Shown: one piece after another, positions 29,570 to 38,742 of the stretch
How positions within the stretch are numbered: position 1 is the first letter of the stretch
How the letters are laid out: each line of letters opens with the position of its first letter
Source of the DNA: Candidatus Parcubacteria bacterium
GTDB lineage: Bacteria; Patescibacteriota; Patescibacteriia; Magasanikbacterales; UBA922
Length of the DNA stretch: 54,348 nt
Direction of reading: 5' to 3'
Assembly (NCBI GenBank): GCA_018646705.1
Contig: JABGUG010000011.1
Coordinates: 1-54,348 of the forward strand
Program-made: the position numbers and the translations under genes
Notes under the pieces: model-generated
What the model was told of the DNA's origin: nothing
What the model saw: the letters and a program-made list of their open reading frames with translations, nothing else
Databases searched by the model: none

Positions 29570-30928
29570 ATGAAACAAAACTTACAAAAAAATCAACATA
29601 TTCTTTTGTGGGCATGTTTGTTTTTTGTGAGTTTTATTTTTTTCATCAGCTCAGCATACATCACCAATTCAAACGATGGGAGTCATTTTGCGCTCACTAG
29701 TGCACTTGTTCGTGATGGATCTATAGAAATTAGTAATTACAAATCATATGTTCAGGAAATGGACTATGCTATCAAAGGCAGTCGTATATTTTCAGATCGT
29801 GTGCCAGGAACTGCATTTTTAGCAATGCCGTTTTTCTTTGTAGGTGACGCATTTTCTTTTTTGCAGGACAATCTTTCTATAGTTACTACGTTATTTCTTC
29901 CGCAACTTGCAGGATTATTGCTTATTTATTTGATATTTAAATTATCTTTGTATTATTCAAAGAATTTTAATGTTTCTTTAATTAGTGCAATGCTCTTTGC
30001 GTTTACCACACTTACGTGGTTTGAGTCTACTCATTTGTTTTCCCATATTTTGTCATCGGTCACTGCAGTTGGTGCTGTCTATATTGCATTTACATTAAAA
30101 AAAGGGGAGTCAAAAAGAATAATTTTGATTGCTGCACTACTTGCTTTGTCATCAATTATTGAAATTCAAAATATTTTGTTTGTTCCTGCATTTTTATTAT
30201 ATTTATTTTCTACAAAAAAAGTTTCATGGAAATTTTGGAAAGATAAGGGATTTTTATTTGGAACTATTGTGTTTGTGGCAATATATTCAATTTTGATTGG
30301 ATACAATTATGTCGCATTTGATGAGTGGACTATCAAGAGTAATAAATATAATCCAAATTTTACAGAAGAACAGGCATTCTCAAGTTCGTTATCCGGTAAT
30401 CCAGTGACAGGATTGGATCATTTATTTACCAATATTTCAGAATCCAGAATTATTTCTGATTGGGCATATGGTATTCGTCACAATAGTCCTGGTTATCTAG
30501 TTATTTCACCATTATTATTTTTGTCACTGTTTGGGTTTATTTATTTTTTCAAAAAGAATAGAGCAGAGGCATTTTTATTTACCTATATTATTTTAGCGAT
30601 TAGTCTGATCGGTGCGTTTCACAAGACCGTAATTACACGCCACATATTTACTGTATTACCATTTTTATGGTTTCCTATTATTTTTATGTTGCGTAAGATT
30701 TCCAAGATGGGAAAAATAATGAAGTATATTTGGTTTACGTCTATTATTGGTATATCAATATATTCTGTTACAAGAATTTTTTATATCATGAATCACTATT
30801 GGGAGAGGTCGATGAGTGACCCATTTCCATTTGTACGAGAACTACATATTTATATTATATTTTACAGTGTTTTGGCTATATTATATTTTGGGTGTCGGGT
30901 ATTATGGCAACGTTTGAAAACAAAATAA
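29570..30928 (+). CDS. Polytopic membrane protein, GT-C glycosyltransferase-like
   Basis: First-loop NSNDGSHFALT...FSDRVPG and many TM segments. Confidence 0.7.
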   Translation: MKQNLQKNQHILLWACLFFVSFIFFISSAYITNSNDGSHFALTSALVRDGSIEISNYKSYVQEMDYAIKGSRIFSDRVPGTAFLAMPFFFVGDAFSFLQDNLSIVTTLFLPQLAGLLLIYLIFKLSLYYSKNFNVSLISAMLFAFTTLTWFESTHLFSHILSSVTAVGAVYIAFTLKKGESKRIILIAALLALSSIIEIQNILFVPAFLLYLFSTKKVSWKFWKDKGFLFGTIVFVAIYSILIGYNYVAFDEWTIKSNKYNPNFTEEQAFSSSLSGNPVTGLDHLFTNISESRIISDWAYGIRHNSPGYLVISPLLFLSLFGFIYFFKKNRAEAFLFTYIILAISLIGAFHKTVITRHIFTVLPFLWFPIIFMLRKISKMGKIMKYIWFTSIIGISIYSVTRIFYIMNHYWERSMSDPFPFVRELHIYIIFYSVLAILYFGCRVLWQRLKTK

Positions 30929-32217
30929 AAAATCTTTCACAAGTCCCTGGTATTTATCTGTTTTATAACAAAGACAAGGAACTTATATATGTGGGAAAAG
31001 CAACTAGTTTGCGGTCACGTGTGGGATCGTATTTTTCTGGTCGTCGTACATCGCGTCCGATCGAACAAATGATTCATGAAGTTACAAGTATTAAGACCAA
31101 AGAAACAGACTCAGTTTTGGAAGCAGTCATTCTCGAAGGAAGTTATATAAAAAAATATCGACCAAAATATAATATAGATTGGAAGGATGATAAGTCGTGG
31201 AATTATATTGTGGTAACCAAAGAAGACTATCCCAAGGTCAAGACGCTTAGAGCCCATGAATATGAGAAAGAGAAAGGGGATTATTTATATATATTTGGAC
31301 CTTACCCTGGATTAAAAACGAGGGAAATGATGAAGTTATTAGAACGTTTATTTTTTATATCCACATGTAAACCAAATGCAAAACGTGAATGTTTGTATCA
31401 TCAGATGGGGCAGTGTCTTGGTGTGTGTACAGGAGAAATAAATGCAAAAGAATACAAGCAAAAAGTAATTCGTCCACTTGCAATGTTTTTGCGTGGAAAT
31501 AAAAAAGGTGTGATAAAAAATTTGGAAAAGAAAATGAAAGAGGTGAGTAAGGCCGAAGATTTTGAAGAAGCAGCACGATTGCGAAATCAGATTTCAGCAT
31601 TGCAGCGAATCCAAGACATCGCATTATTAAATAAAACATTTTTTACAGCAGGCGCCCGAAGGGACAGCTCTAGAGCTGTCCATACGCGCGTGTTTGAAAA
31701 CCAACGCATCGAAGGATACGACATATCAAACCTAGGAACGTCAGGCAAGGTCGGTTCGATGGTCGTGTTTGATTCACATGGTCCAGTGAAGTCTGAATAT
31801 AGAAAGTTTAAAATAAAAGGCGTGGAAGGGCAGAGTGATGTGGATTGTTTGGCAGAAATTTTGGAGCGTCGTTTGCAACATGTAGAGACGCAAAATATTG
31901 CGTCTGTACATGGTTTGCAAAATATTGCGTCTGTACAAAATAAAAGCGCATGGCAGCTGCCCAATATAATCCTCGTCGACGGCGGTCTTCCTCAAGTAAA
32001 TCGTGCAAAGAAAATTTTGAAAGAAAATAAATTTGATATTCCGGTTGTAGGTATTGCAAAAGGTCCGGCAAGAAAAAAGAATGAATTTATATTAGGATCA
32101 AAGAAAAAAGATTTTGTGGATTGGGTGAATGAAAATCAAGGTCTGTTAATTAGAGTTAGAGATGAGGCGCATAGATTTGCGATTAAGTATCAGAGGATTT
32201 TGAGGAAGATTAACTAG
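30904..32217 (+). CDS. uvrC: Excinuclease ABC subunit C (no C-terminal HhH)
   Basis: PGIYLF...YVGKATSLRSRV GIY-YIG, UVR domain, RIEGYDIS, LVDGG, RDEAHRFA. Confidence 0.9.
   Translation: MATFENKIKNLSQVPGIYLFYNKDKELIYVGKATSLRSRVGSYFSGRRTSRPIEQMIHEVTSIKTKETDSVLEAVILEGSYIKKYRPKYNIDWKDDKSWNYIVVTKEDYPKVKTLRAHEYEKEKGDYLYIFGPYPGLKTREMMKLLERLFFISTCKPNAKRECLYHQMGQCLGVCTGEINAKEYKQKVIRPLAMFLRGNKKGVIKNLEKKMKEVSKAEDFEEAARLRNQISALQRIQDIALLNKTFFTAGARRDSSRAVHTRVFENQRIEGYDISNLGTSGKVGSMVVFDSHGPVKSEYRKFKIKGVEGQSDVDCLAEILERRLQHVETQNIASVHGLQNIASVQNKSAWQLPNIILVDGGLPQVNRAKKILKENKFDIPVVGIAKGPARKKNEFILGSKKKDFVDWVNENQGLLIRVRDEAHRFAIKYQRILRKIN
31658..31685. repeat. REP-like palindrome inside uvrC
   Basis: GGACAGCTCTAGAGCTGTCC perfect 20-bp palindrome (31662-31681). 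Confidence 0.7.
31882..31937. repeat. GTAG-type REP plus partial tandem copy inside uvrC
   Basis: GTAGAGACGCAAAATATTGCGTCTGTAC (31882-31909); GCAAAATATTGCGTCTGTACA repeated 27 nt later. Confidence 0.8.
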
Positions 32218-32285
32218 ATGTAGATAAAAATATAGAAAAGGCTTATCAAAGCCTTTTTTGTTGTGGACAAAGTGGATAAAAAGGG

Positions 32286-32340
32286 TTGCAGGGTATAACA
32301 AAGTGGGGTATAATGGTTGTACGTGGGGAAGAGTGGGGAA
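32286..32340 (+). promoter_or_regulatory. mraZ promoter with MraZ-type GTGGGG repeats
   Basis: TTGCAG (32286)-17-TATAAT (32309); GTGGGG at 32303, 32323 and 32333 (10-nt phasing). Confidence 0.8.
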
Positions 32341-32424
32341 TCCACCTCCGCTAAAGCTTTGGCGGACGAGAATGATAAATTCTGTGCTTGTCTATTTATC
32401 AATCAATATTCCCTTAATATTTTT

Positions 32425-32856
32425 ATGTTCATCGGAGAATATTCCCACAATTTAGATGTAAAAGGTCGTCTTGCGGTCCCAAAAAAGTTCCGCTCTGATC
32501 TTTCCAAAGGTGCAGTTGTAACTCGAGGTCTCGACAACTGTCTTTTCCTGTATACAAAAACAGAGTGGGAAAAGCTTGCAGAGAAGCTCGCAACATTACC
32601 ATTCTCACAAGCCAACACACGTGCATTTGCGCGTCTAATGCTTGCAGGAGCTATGGACGTAAAAGTCGACAAACAAGGAAGAGTAGTTCTTCCTGATTAT
32701 CTTCGCAACTTTGCTGATCTCAAAAAAGGAGTCGTCGTTGCCGGTCTGTATAACCGTCTCGAGATTTGGGATCAGGAAAAATGGGAAGATTACAAGAAAA
32801 AGACTGAGAATGAGAGCAATCAAATTGCAGAACAAATGTTTGAACTCGGAGTTTAA
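32425..32856 (+). CDS. mraZ: Transcriptional regulator MraZ
   Basis: MFIGEYSHNLDVKGRLAVP, VDKQGRVVLP, RLEIWD. Confidence 0.97.
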   Translation: MFIGEYSHNLDVKGRLAVPKKFRSDLSKGAVVTRGLDNCLFLYTKTEWEKLAEKLATLPFSQANTRAFARLMLAGAMDVKVDKQGRVVLPDYLRNFADLKKGVVVAGLYNRLEIWDQEKWEDYKKKTENESNQIAEQMFELGV

Positions 32857-32867
32857 CTTTCAAATTT

Positions 32868-33836
32868 ATGGATAGACATGTTCCAGTATTACTGAGAGAA
32901 GTTTTAGAAGCTTTAAATCTTACTTCTGGTAAGAATGTCATTGATTGTACTCTAGGAGATGCTGGACACTCAGAAGAGATTTTGAAAGCTACAGGTCCAG
33001 ATGGAAGATTACTTGGAATTGATGCTGATGCTGAAAGTATTCTAAGAGCCAAGAAATTTTTATATGAATTTGAAGATAGAATAGTTTTTGAAAGAAATAA
33101 CTTTGAACATTTACAAGATATTGTAAAAGAACAGAATTTCAAGTCAGTGAACGGAATCCTTATGGATTTTGGATGGTCAAGTCCACAGTTTGAAGAACGA
33201 GGTAGAGGATTTAGTTTTCTCAAGACTGATGAACCACTTGATATGCGTTATGACACATATCTCAAGTGTGTACACACTGCTACTGATCTACCGCTTGGAA
33301 TTGATGGAAAACCATTGTATGGAAAATGTACAGCTGCTGAACATGTGAATATGAAGAGTGTAGAAGAGCTTGAGGAAGTTTTCAAAAAATATGGCGAAGA
33401 AAATCTTAGTAAAGAAATAGCTCAGGCAATTGTAGAAAAACGAGAAGAGTTCGCACTAGAGACAGTAGGAGATCTAGTTGATGTCATTCTAGATGTATAT
33501 CGTAAAAAATTAAAAACAGAAAAAGAAATTCCTTGGATTGGTGGTATACACCCCGCTACAAAAGTATTCCAGGCATTACGTATGTCAGTTAATGATGAGC
33601 TAGGTGTGATTGAGAGAGTATTACCTCAAGCAATAAATATACTGGAATCTGGTGGAAGACTTGCTGTCATTACATTTCATTCTATAGAAGATAGGATTGT
33701 AAAACATTATTTCAAATCACAAAATAAAAAAATCATTAATATAATAACCAAAAAACCTATTATTGCTAGCGATCAGGAGACAAAGACAAATCCTCGATCT
33801 AGATCAGCAAAATTAAGGGTTATAGAAAAAATATGA
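32868..33836 (+). CDS. rsmH: 16S rRNA m4C1402 methyltransferase
   Basis: HVPVLLREV, DCTLGDAGHS, RGFSF, PLDMR, FHSIEDR, NPRSRSAKLR. Confidence 0.97.
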   Translation: MDRHVPVLLREVLEALNLTSGKNVIDCTLGDAGHSEEILKATGPDGRLLGIDADAESILRAKKFLYEFEDRIVFERNNFEHLQDIVKEQNFKSVNGILMDFGWSSPQFEERGRGFSFLKTDEPLDMRYDTYLKCVHTATDLPLGIDGKPLYGKCTAAEHVNMKSVEELEEVFKKYGEENLSKEIAQAIVEKREEFALETVGDLVDVILDVYRKKLKTEKEIPWIGGIHPATKVFQALRMSVNDELGVIERVLPQAINILESGGRLAVITFHSIEDRIVKHYFKSQNKKIINIITKKPIIASDQETKTNPRSRSAKLRVIEKI

Positions 33837-34177
33837 ACGCATACTCAAAAAAGAAACAAACATTGAGACAGAAAAAAGAGGCGGTACGCAAAGTACTTGT
33901 AAGTACTACATTTAGAAGTGCTCTTTGTGTATTGACTATTATGTTTGGTTTTATGTATGTGTGGCAGACAAACACAGTATCTACCAAAGGATATCAGATT
34001 ACTGATCTAGAAAGACAAGTGCAAGGCCTTGAATATGAAACACGAAAGCTTGATGTAGACATTGCACAGTATAAATCTATGCAAAATCTACAAGAACGTC
34101 TTTCTGGAACAAGTCTTGTGGCTGTTACTGATGTGGATTATATGACAGTAATGAACTCAGCAGTTGCAAAACGTTAA
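33833..34177 (+). CDS. FtsL-like cell division protein
   Basis: Follows mraZ-rsmH; basic N-terminus, single TM, coiled coil. Confidence 0.7.
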   Translation: MNAYSKKKQTLRQKKEAVRKVLVSTTFRSALCVLTIMFGFMYVWQTNTVSTKGYQITDLERQVQGLEYETRKLDVDIAQYKSMQNLQERLSGTSLVAVTDVDYMTVMNSAVAKR

Positions 34178-34247
34178 CATATTATCACTTAAGCACCTGA
34201 GCACTCTATTTATGGGTGTTTTTTTGTTTTTATGGTATACTTTTACT

Positions 34248-34331
34248 AGTTCATAAAGTTAAAAAGTCTATAAAGTTCATAAAGAACCAGTAGACGCCTT
34301 TTAACTTTCTAACTTTATAAACTTTTATACT
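34248..34331. repeat. Inverted AAAGTT(T/C)AT-type array, empty
   Basis: AGTTCATAAAGTTAAAAAGTCTATAAAGTTCATAAAG / CTTTTAACTTTCTAACTTTATAAACTTTTATACT. Confidence 0.75.
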
Positions 34332-34337
34332 GGTAGT

Positions 34338-34700
34338 ATGTGGATACTTGTTGTACAGAGAATGACACTTGAATTTATTCTAGACATTATTTATTTCCCT
34401 GTCTGGTGGTTTACTGCGGGTGCTCGTCATGCGCTTCTTTTTTGTATTGGTCTTGTGAAGGAGGCAAATAGTATGATGGCTCCTGGACTTTGGCTAAAGA
34501 ATATTTTTGTGCCGATGTTTGGTCAGTGGGATTTTCAAGGTAGGCTTGTTAGTTTTTTTATGCGTCTTGGAAATGTAATTATTCGTAGTATTGCATTATT
34601 TATTTGGGTGATTGTTGTTATTTTTATATTTTTTTTGTGGATACTGTTTCCGACGTTTATATTTTATATGCTTATTACTTCGTTTCTGTCATTCACATAA
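34338..34700 (+). CDS. Small membrane protein upstream of the Clp ATPase
   Basis: YFPVWWF...KNIFVPMFGQWDFQGRLVSFFMR, hydrophobic C-terminus. Confidence 0.8.
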   Translation: MWILVVQRMTLEFILDIIYFPVWWFTAGARHALLFCIGLVKEANSMMAPGLWLKNIFVPMFGQWDFQGRLVSFFMRLGNVIIRSIALFIWVIVVIFIFFLWILFPTFIFYMLITSFLSFT

Positions 34701-34709
34701 TTAGATCCT

Positions 34710-34770
34710 GATATTCAGATAATCCAGATTTACAGATATTCTATCCGTAAATCTGGATTATCCGGAAATC
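34710..34770. repeat. Inverted CAGAT/ATC(C/T)G array, empty
   Basis: GATATTCAGATAATCCAGATTTACAGATA / TATCCGTAAATCTGGATTATCCGGAAATC. Confidence 0.75.
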
Positions 34771-34782
34771 CGTATAATACTT

Positions 34783-37542
34783 ATGTTATTTACGAAAAAC
34801 GAACAACTTAATGTTTTGGGATGTGAGACTTGCAAAAATTCTGGTTATGTTAAGTTTCGTACATGTTCTAAGTGTAAGGGAATGAGTATGGGTCAGATGA
34901 ATGGAGAGGATTTTATATATTTTGGTGAACCTCTTACCAAATATCACATTACTATTCGAAAAGCTCGCCGTATTCTCAATGGATTTCGTATTATTGGTGC
35001 GGTGATTTTTTGGCTTGGATTTTGGGGTTTGTTTTTTTGGCCAATATATGCAAAAGATAGATGGGATACGATATTTACGATCGACTATTGGTTTAATCAA
35101 ATTGACACAACAAAATCATTTTTTTGGCTTGGTATTATAGCCTTAAGTTATCTTTGGTATCGTATAATAAAAGGAAATGAACCTGAGCCAGAAATGGAAT
35201 ATAAAAATAAAGATTATGAACAGACTGGACCAGAAATCAATCTAGAAATGCAAGATATTGACTGGGCTGGTGTAAAGAAAATTTCACATAAAAAGAAAAT
35301 AGATTTTTCTCAGTTTCTAACTGATGATGCGCGGCAAGTACTCGAACGTGCATATATGCTTGCACTCGAACAGAAGAGCCCAGAGGTTACAAGTATGCAT
35401 ATATTTCATAGTCTTTTATCTGCATCCAATATTTCAGGTGTTTTTATAAGACTTGGAATTTCTATAAAAAAACTTCAAGCAAAAATTGCTCAAACATTTG
35501 AACATGCACAGGGAGAAGAGGTTGTGCCTGTTTTGTCTTCAAATGTTTCACAATTATTATTTCATGCATATAAAACTTCACGAGAATTTAGAGATAATCA
35601 CGTACGGTCTACAGAACTCCTGGTCGCAACAGTGAATCAGTCTGAACCTATCCAGGAAATATTATATGATTTAGACGTTGATGCTCAAAAACTTACCAAT
35701 GTGGTAGAATGGGTGCGTATTCGTGAGAAGTTATACGAACAGTATCATAAGTTTCGACGTGCTGCTGCCGGTGTAAGTAAGCATGGTATGGATCGTGCCA
35801 TGACAGCTGTTGCAACGCCATTTTTAAATAATTATAGTCAAGACCTTACTATTGCAGCAAAATTCGGACATCTTACCACATGTGTAGCCCGTGACAAAGA
35901 GATTGATGAAATATTTCGTATAGTTGAGGCAGGACGACAAAATGTTATTCTTGTGGGTAATCATGGGGTTGGTAAAATGGCAATTATTGAAGGGATTGTG
36001 CAGCGTATGATTGAGGGTAATATACCAAAACGCTTACATGATAGACGTTTTGTACAAATTTCTACATCTTCACTTCTTGCTGGTACAACAGTTTCTGGAG
36101 CTCAAGAAAGACTTATAAAAATCATGAATGAAGTTTCTCGAGCAAAAAATATTATTTTGTTTATAAATAATCTTCATGATCTGACAGGAATGACAGATTC
36201 TCAGGGAGAAGGACTTGATATGTCTGAAGCTTTGGCAGAGCATCTTGGTGGCGGTCAATTTCTTATGTTTGCGACTACGCTTCCAGATGGATATAACAAA
36301 AATATTGTAAATACAGAAATCGGTACGCTGTTTACTAAAGTCGATGTAAAGGAAATGGATACTAACCAGGCAATTCAAGTACTTGAGTCAAAAGCTGGAA
36401 GTGTGGAATATAAACATAAAGTATTTTTTTCATATGATGCTATTGAGCAATCAGTTGTTCTTGCATCCAAGTTTTTTTATGATCAAAATTTGCCTGAAAG
36501 TGCGATAGGGCTTATGAGTGAAGTTGCAAGTTTTGTACATAGTTCAAAAGGCGAAAATCATCTTGTAGAAGCAAATGATGTTGGTAAAATTGTAAGTGAT
36601 AAGACAGGAGTTCCAGTTACAAGTATTACAGAAAATGAGTCTGAAAAACTTATGCGTTTAGAAGAAGAAATGCATAAGCGTGTGGTAGGTCAAGATCTTG
36701 CAGTAGAGATGGTTGCTAGCGCACTTCGTCGTGCACGAGCAGATATTAGATCTGAGAAACGTCCAATTGCAAACTTTTTATTTCTTGGTCCTACTGGTGT
36801 AGGTAAGACTGAACTTGCAAAAACAATTGCAAATGTATATTTTGGAGGAGAACAGCGTATGATTAGAATTGATATGAGTGAGTATCAGGATAAAAGTGGC
36901 ATATATCGTCTTATTGGTCAGCCAGGGCAGCAAGGTACTGGAATACTTACTGAAGCAATTAGACAAAATCCATTTTCTCTTGTTTTGCTTGATGAAATGG
37001 AGAAGGCAGACCCAGATGTTTTGAATTTATTTTTGCAAGTATTTGATGACGGTAGGCTTACTGATAGTGTAGGACGTGTAGTTGATTTTACTAATGCAAT
37101 TATTATTGCAACATCAAATGCTGGCACAAGTTATGTTCAAGATCAGATGAACCAAGGTGTTGATATAGAAACAATTCGCGAACATTTGATTCGTGGAGAA
37201 CTTAAAAAATATTATAGACCAGAATTTTTAAATCGTTTTGATGGTATTGTACTTTTCAAAGCTTTGACTAGAGATGAAATAAAAACTATAGCAGGTCTTA
37301 TGCTCAAGCGTGTTGCAAAAGATTTGGAGGCTCGTGGGGTTGAGTTGCGGGTAGAAGACGCAGCACTCGAGGCTCTAGCTGATGTTGGGTTTGATCCAGA
37401 GTTTGGTGCTCGTCCAATGCGTCGTGCAATTCAGGATCGTGTAGAGAATTATTTAGCAGAGCTTATATTGCAAGGTAAGCTAGAGCGTAGAGATGTATTG
37501 ATTTTGGGAGAAGGGTGTCAGATTAAGGTTGAGAGAAATTAG
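34783..37542 (+). CDS. ClpA/B/C-family AAA+ ATPase with N-terminal CxxC pairs and TM segments
   Basis: CETC/CSKC, two hydrophobic helices, Clp N domain, D2 GPTGVGKT and LLDEMEK, GARPMRR. Confidence 0.9.
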   Translation: MLFTKNEQLNVLGCETCKNSGYVKFRTCSKCKGMSMGQMNGEDFIYFGEPLTKYHITIRKARRILNGFRIIGAVIFWLGFWGLFFWPIYAKDRWDTIFTIDYWFNQIDTTKSFFWLGIIALSYLWYRIIKGNEPEPEMEYKNKDYEQTGPEINLEMQDIDWAGVKKISHKKKIDFSQFLTDDARQVLERAYMLALEQKSPEVTSMHIFHSLLSASNISGVFIRLGISIKKLQAKIAQTFEHAQGEEVVPVLSSNVSQLLFHAYKTSREFRDNHVRSTELLVATVNQSEPIQEILYDLDVDAQKLTNVVEWVRIREKLYEQYHKFRRAAAGVSKHGMDRAMTAVATPFLNNYSQDLTIAAKFGHLTTCVARDKEIDEIFRIVEAGRQNVILVGNHGVGKMAIIEGIVQRMIEGNIPKRLHDRRFVQISTSSLLAGTTVSGAQERLIKIMNEVSRAKNIILFINNLHDLTGMTDSQGEGLDMSEALAEHLGGGQFLMFATTLPDGYNKNIVNTEIGTLFTKVDVKEMDTNQAIQVLESKAGSVEYKHKVFFSYDAIEQSVVLASKFFYDQNLPESAIGLMSEVASFVHSSKGENHLVEANDVGKIVSDKTGVPVTSITENESEKLMRLEEEMHKRVVGQDLAVEMVASALRRARADIRSEKRPIANFLFLGPTGVGKTELAKTIANVYFGGEQRMIRIDMSEYQDKSGIYRLIGQPGQQGTGILTEAIRQNPFSLVLLDEMEKADPDVLNLFLQVFDDGRLTDSVGRVVDFTNAIIIATSNAGTSYVQDQMNQGVDIETIREHLIRGELKKYYRPEFLNRFDGIVLFKALTRDEIKTIAGLMLKRVAKDLEARGVELRVEDAALEALADVGFDPEFGARPMRRAIQDRVENYLAELILQGKLERRDVLILGEGCQIKVERN

Positions 37543-37659
37543 GAAAGGATTATCGATTAAGAATTAAGTAATAAGTAATAACAATTAAAAAACACCCCGG
37601 CGTTATCTAGGGGTGTTTTAATTAGTTTGTCAATAGAATCATCACATGGTAAAATATCT

Positions 37660-38730
37660 ATGATACATATGTATATTGCTTATTTTTTCCTCACATTTTC
37701 ACTTTCGATCTTCTTCACTTTTATTGTCGCACTTACGATGCGGCATTTTGGTGTAGTGGACAAAGTAAAAAGGGAACGCAGAAAAATTCACAAACGAACC
37801 GTACCACTTGGTGGTGGGCTTGCTATTTTTGTTAGTACATTTTTTGTTATTGGATTTGTTTTGACTGTAGGAGGTCATTTTGAAAATGATATTGTACTGA
37901 GAAATTTAATTGGACTTTTTATAGGCGGATTGATTTTGATGATAGGTGGTTTTCTAGATGACAAATATAATCTACGTCCAAGATATCAAATTTTATTTCC
38001 TGTAGCAGCATCTTTTGCAGTTATTGGATTTGGAATTGGTCCACATTTGATCACCAGTCCATTTGGTGGGACTTTTGATCTTGCACAGTGGAAGATCCAG
38101 ATTGATGGACTCGGGTCATGGGTGGTGCTTGCGGATTTTCTAGTATTTTTTTGGCTTATGGGTATGATGTTTACCACCAAATTTCTAGATGGACTAGATG
38201 GGCTTGTTGCTGGGATTGTCAGTATTGGTGCATTTGTCATATTCTTTTTGGCTTTGCAAAATCAATGGTATCAGCCAGATGTTGCATTGCTTTCAATTAT
38301 TTTTGCAGGTGCAACATTAGGATTTCTCATATGGAATTGGCATCCAGCAAAAATATTTTTGGGAGAAGGTGGGAGCCTGTTTGCCGGATTTATGCTAGGG
38401 TCTCTCGCTATTATATCTGGGGGTAAAATCGCGACAACATTACTTGTGGTAGCGATTCCTGTGCTTGATCTGATCCGTGTTATTATTCGTAGAATTCAAA
38501 AAAAGAAACCAGTGTATGTAGGTGATAATGAGCATCTACACTTTCGATTACTTGAATCAGGATTCAATCAAAAACAAGCAGTTTTTTTGCTTTATGCTAT
38601 TGCTCTATTGTTTGGTATCAGTGCGTTATTTTTACAAAGCAGCCAGAAGTTGATGGCACTTATATTTTTGTTTATACTAATGTTACTGACAGGTGTGTGG
38701 TTTTCTAGAAAAGATTCTGGCAAATCTTAA
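37660..38730 (+). CDS. MraY/WecA (glycosyltransferase family 4) polyprenyl-phosphate HexNAc-1-P transferase
   Basis: RKIH, PLGGGLAI, GGFLDD, LDGLDGL, NWHPAKIFLGE, HLHFRL. Start may be 37669. Confidence 0.92.
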   Translation: MIHMYIAYFFLTFSLSIFFTFIVALTMRHFGVVDKVKRERRKIHKRTVPLGGGLAIFVSTFFVIGFVLTVGGHFENDIVLRNLIGLFIGGLILMIGGFLDDKYNLRPRYQILFPVAASFAVIGFGIGPHLITSPFGGTFDLAQWKIQIDGLGSWVVLADFLVFFWLMGMMFTTKFLDGLDGLVAGIVSIGAFVIFFLALQNQWYQPDVALLSIIFAGATLGFLIWNWHPAKIFLGEGGSLFAGFMLGSLAIISGGKIATTLLVVAIPVLDLIRVIIRRIQKKKPVYVGDNEHLHFRLLESGFNQKQAVFLLYAIALLFGISALFLQSSQKLMALIFLFILMLLTGVWFSRKDSGKS

Positions 38731-38742
38731 AATTAAGACTTT

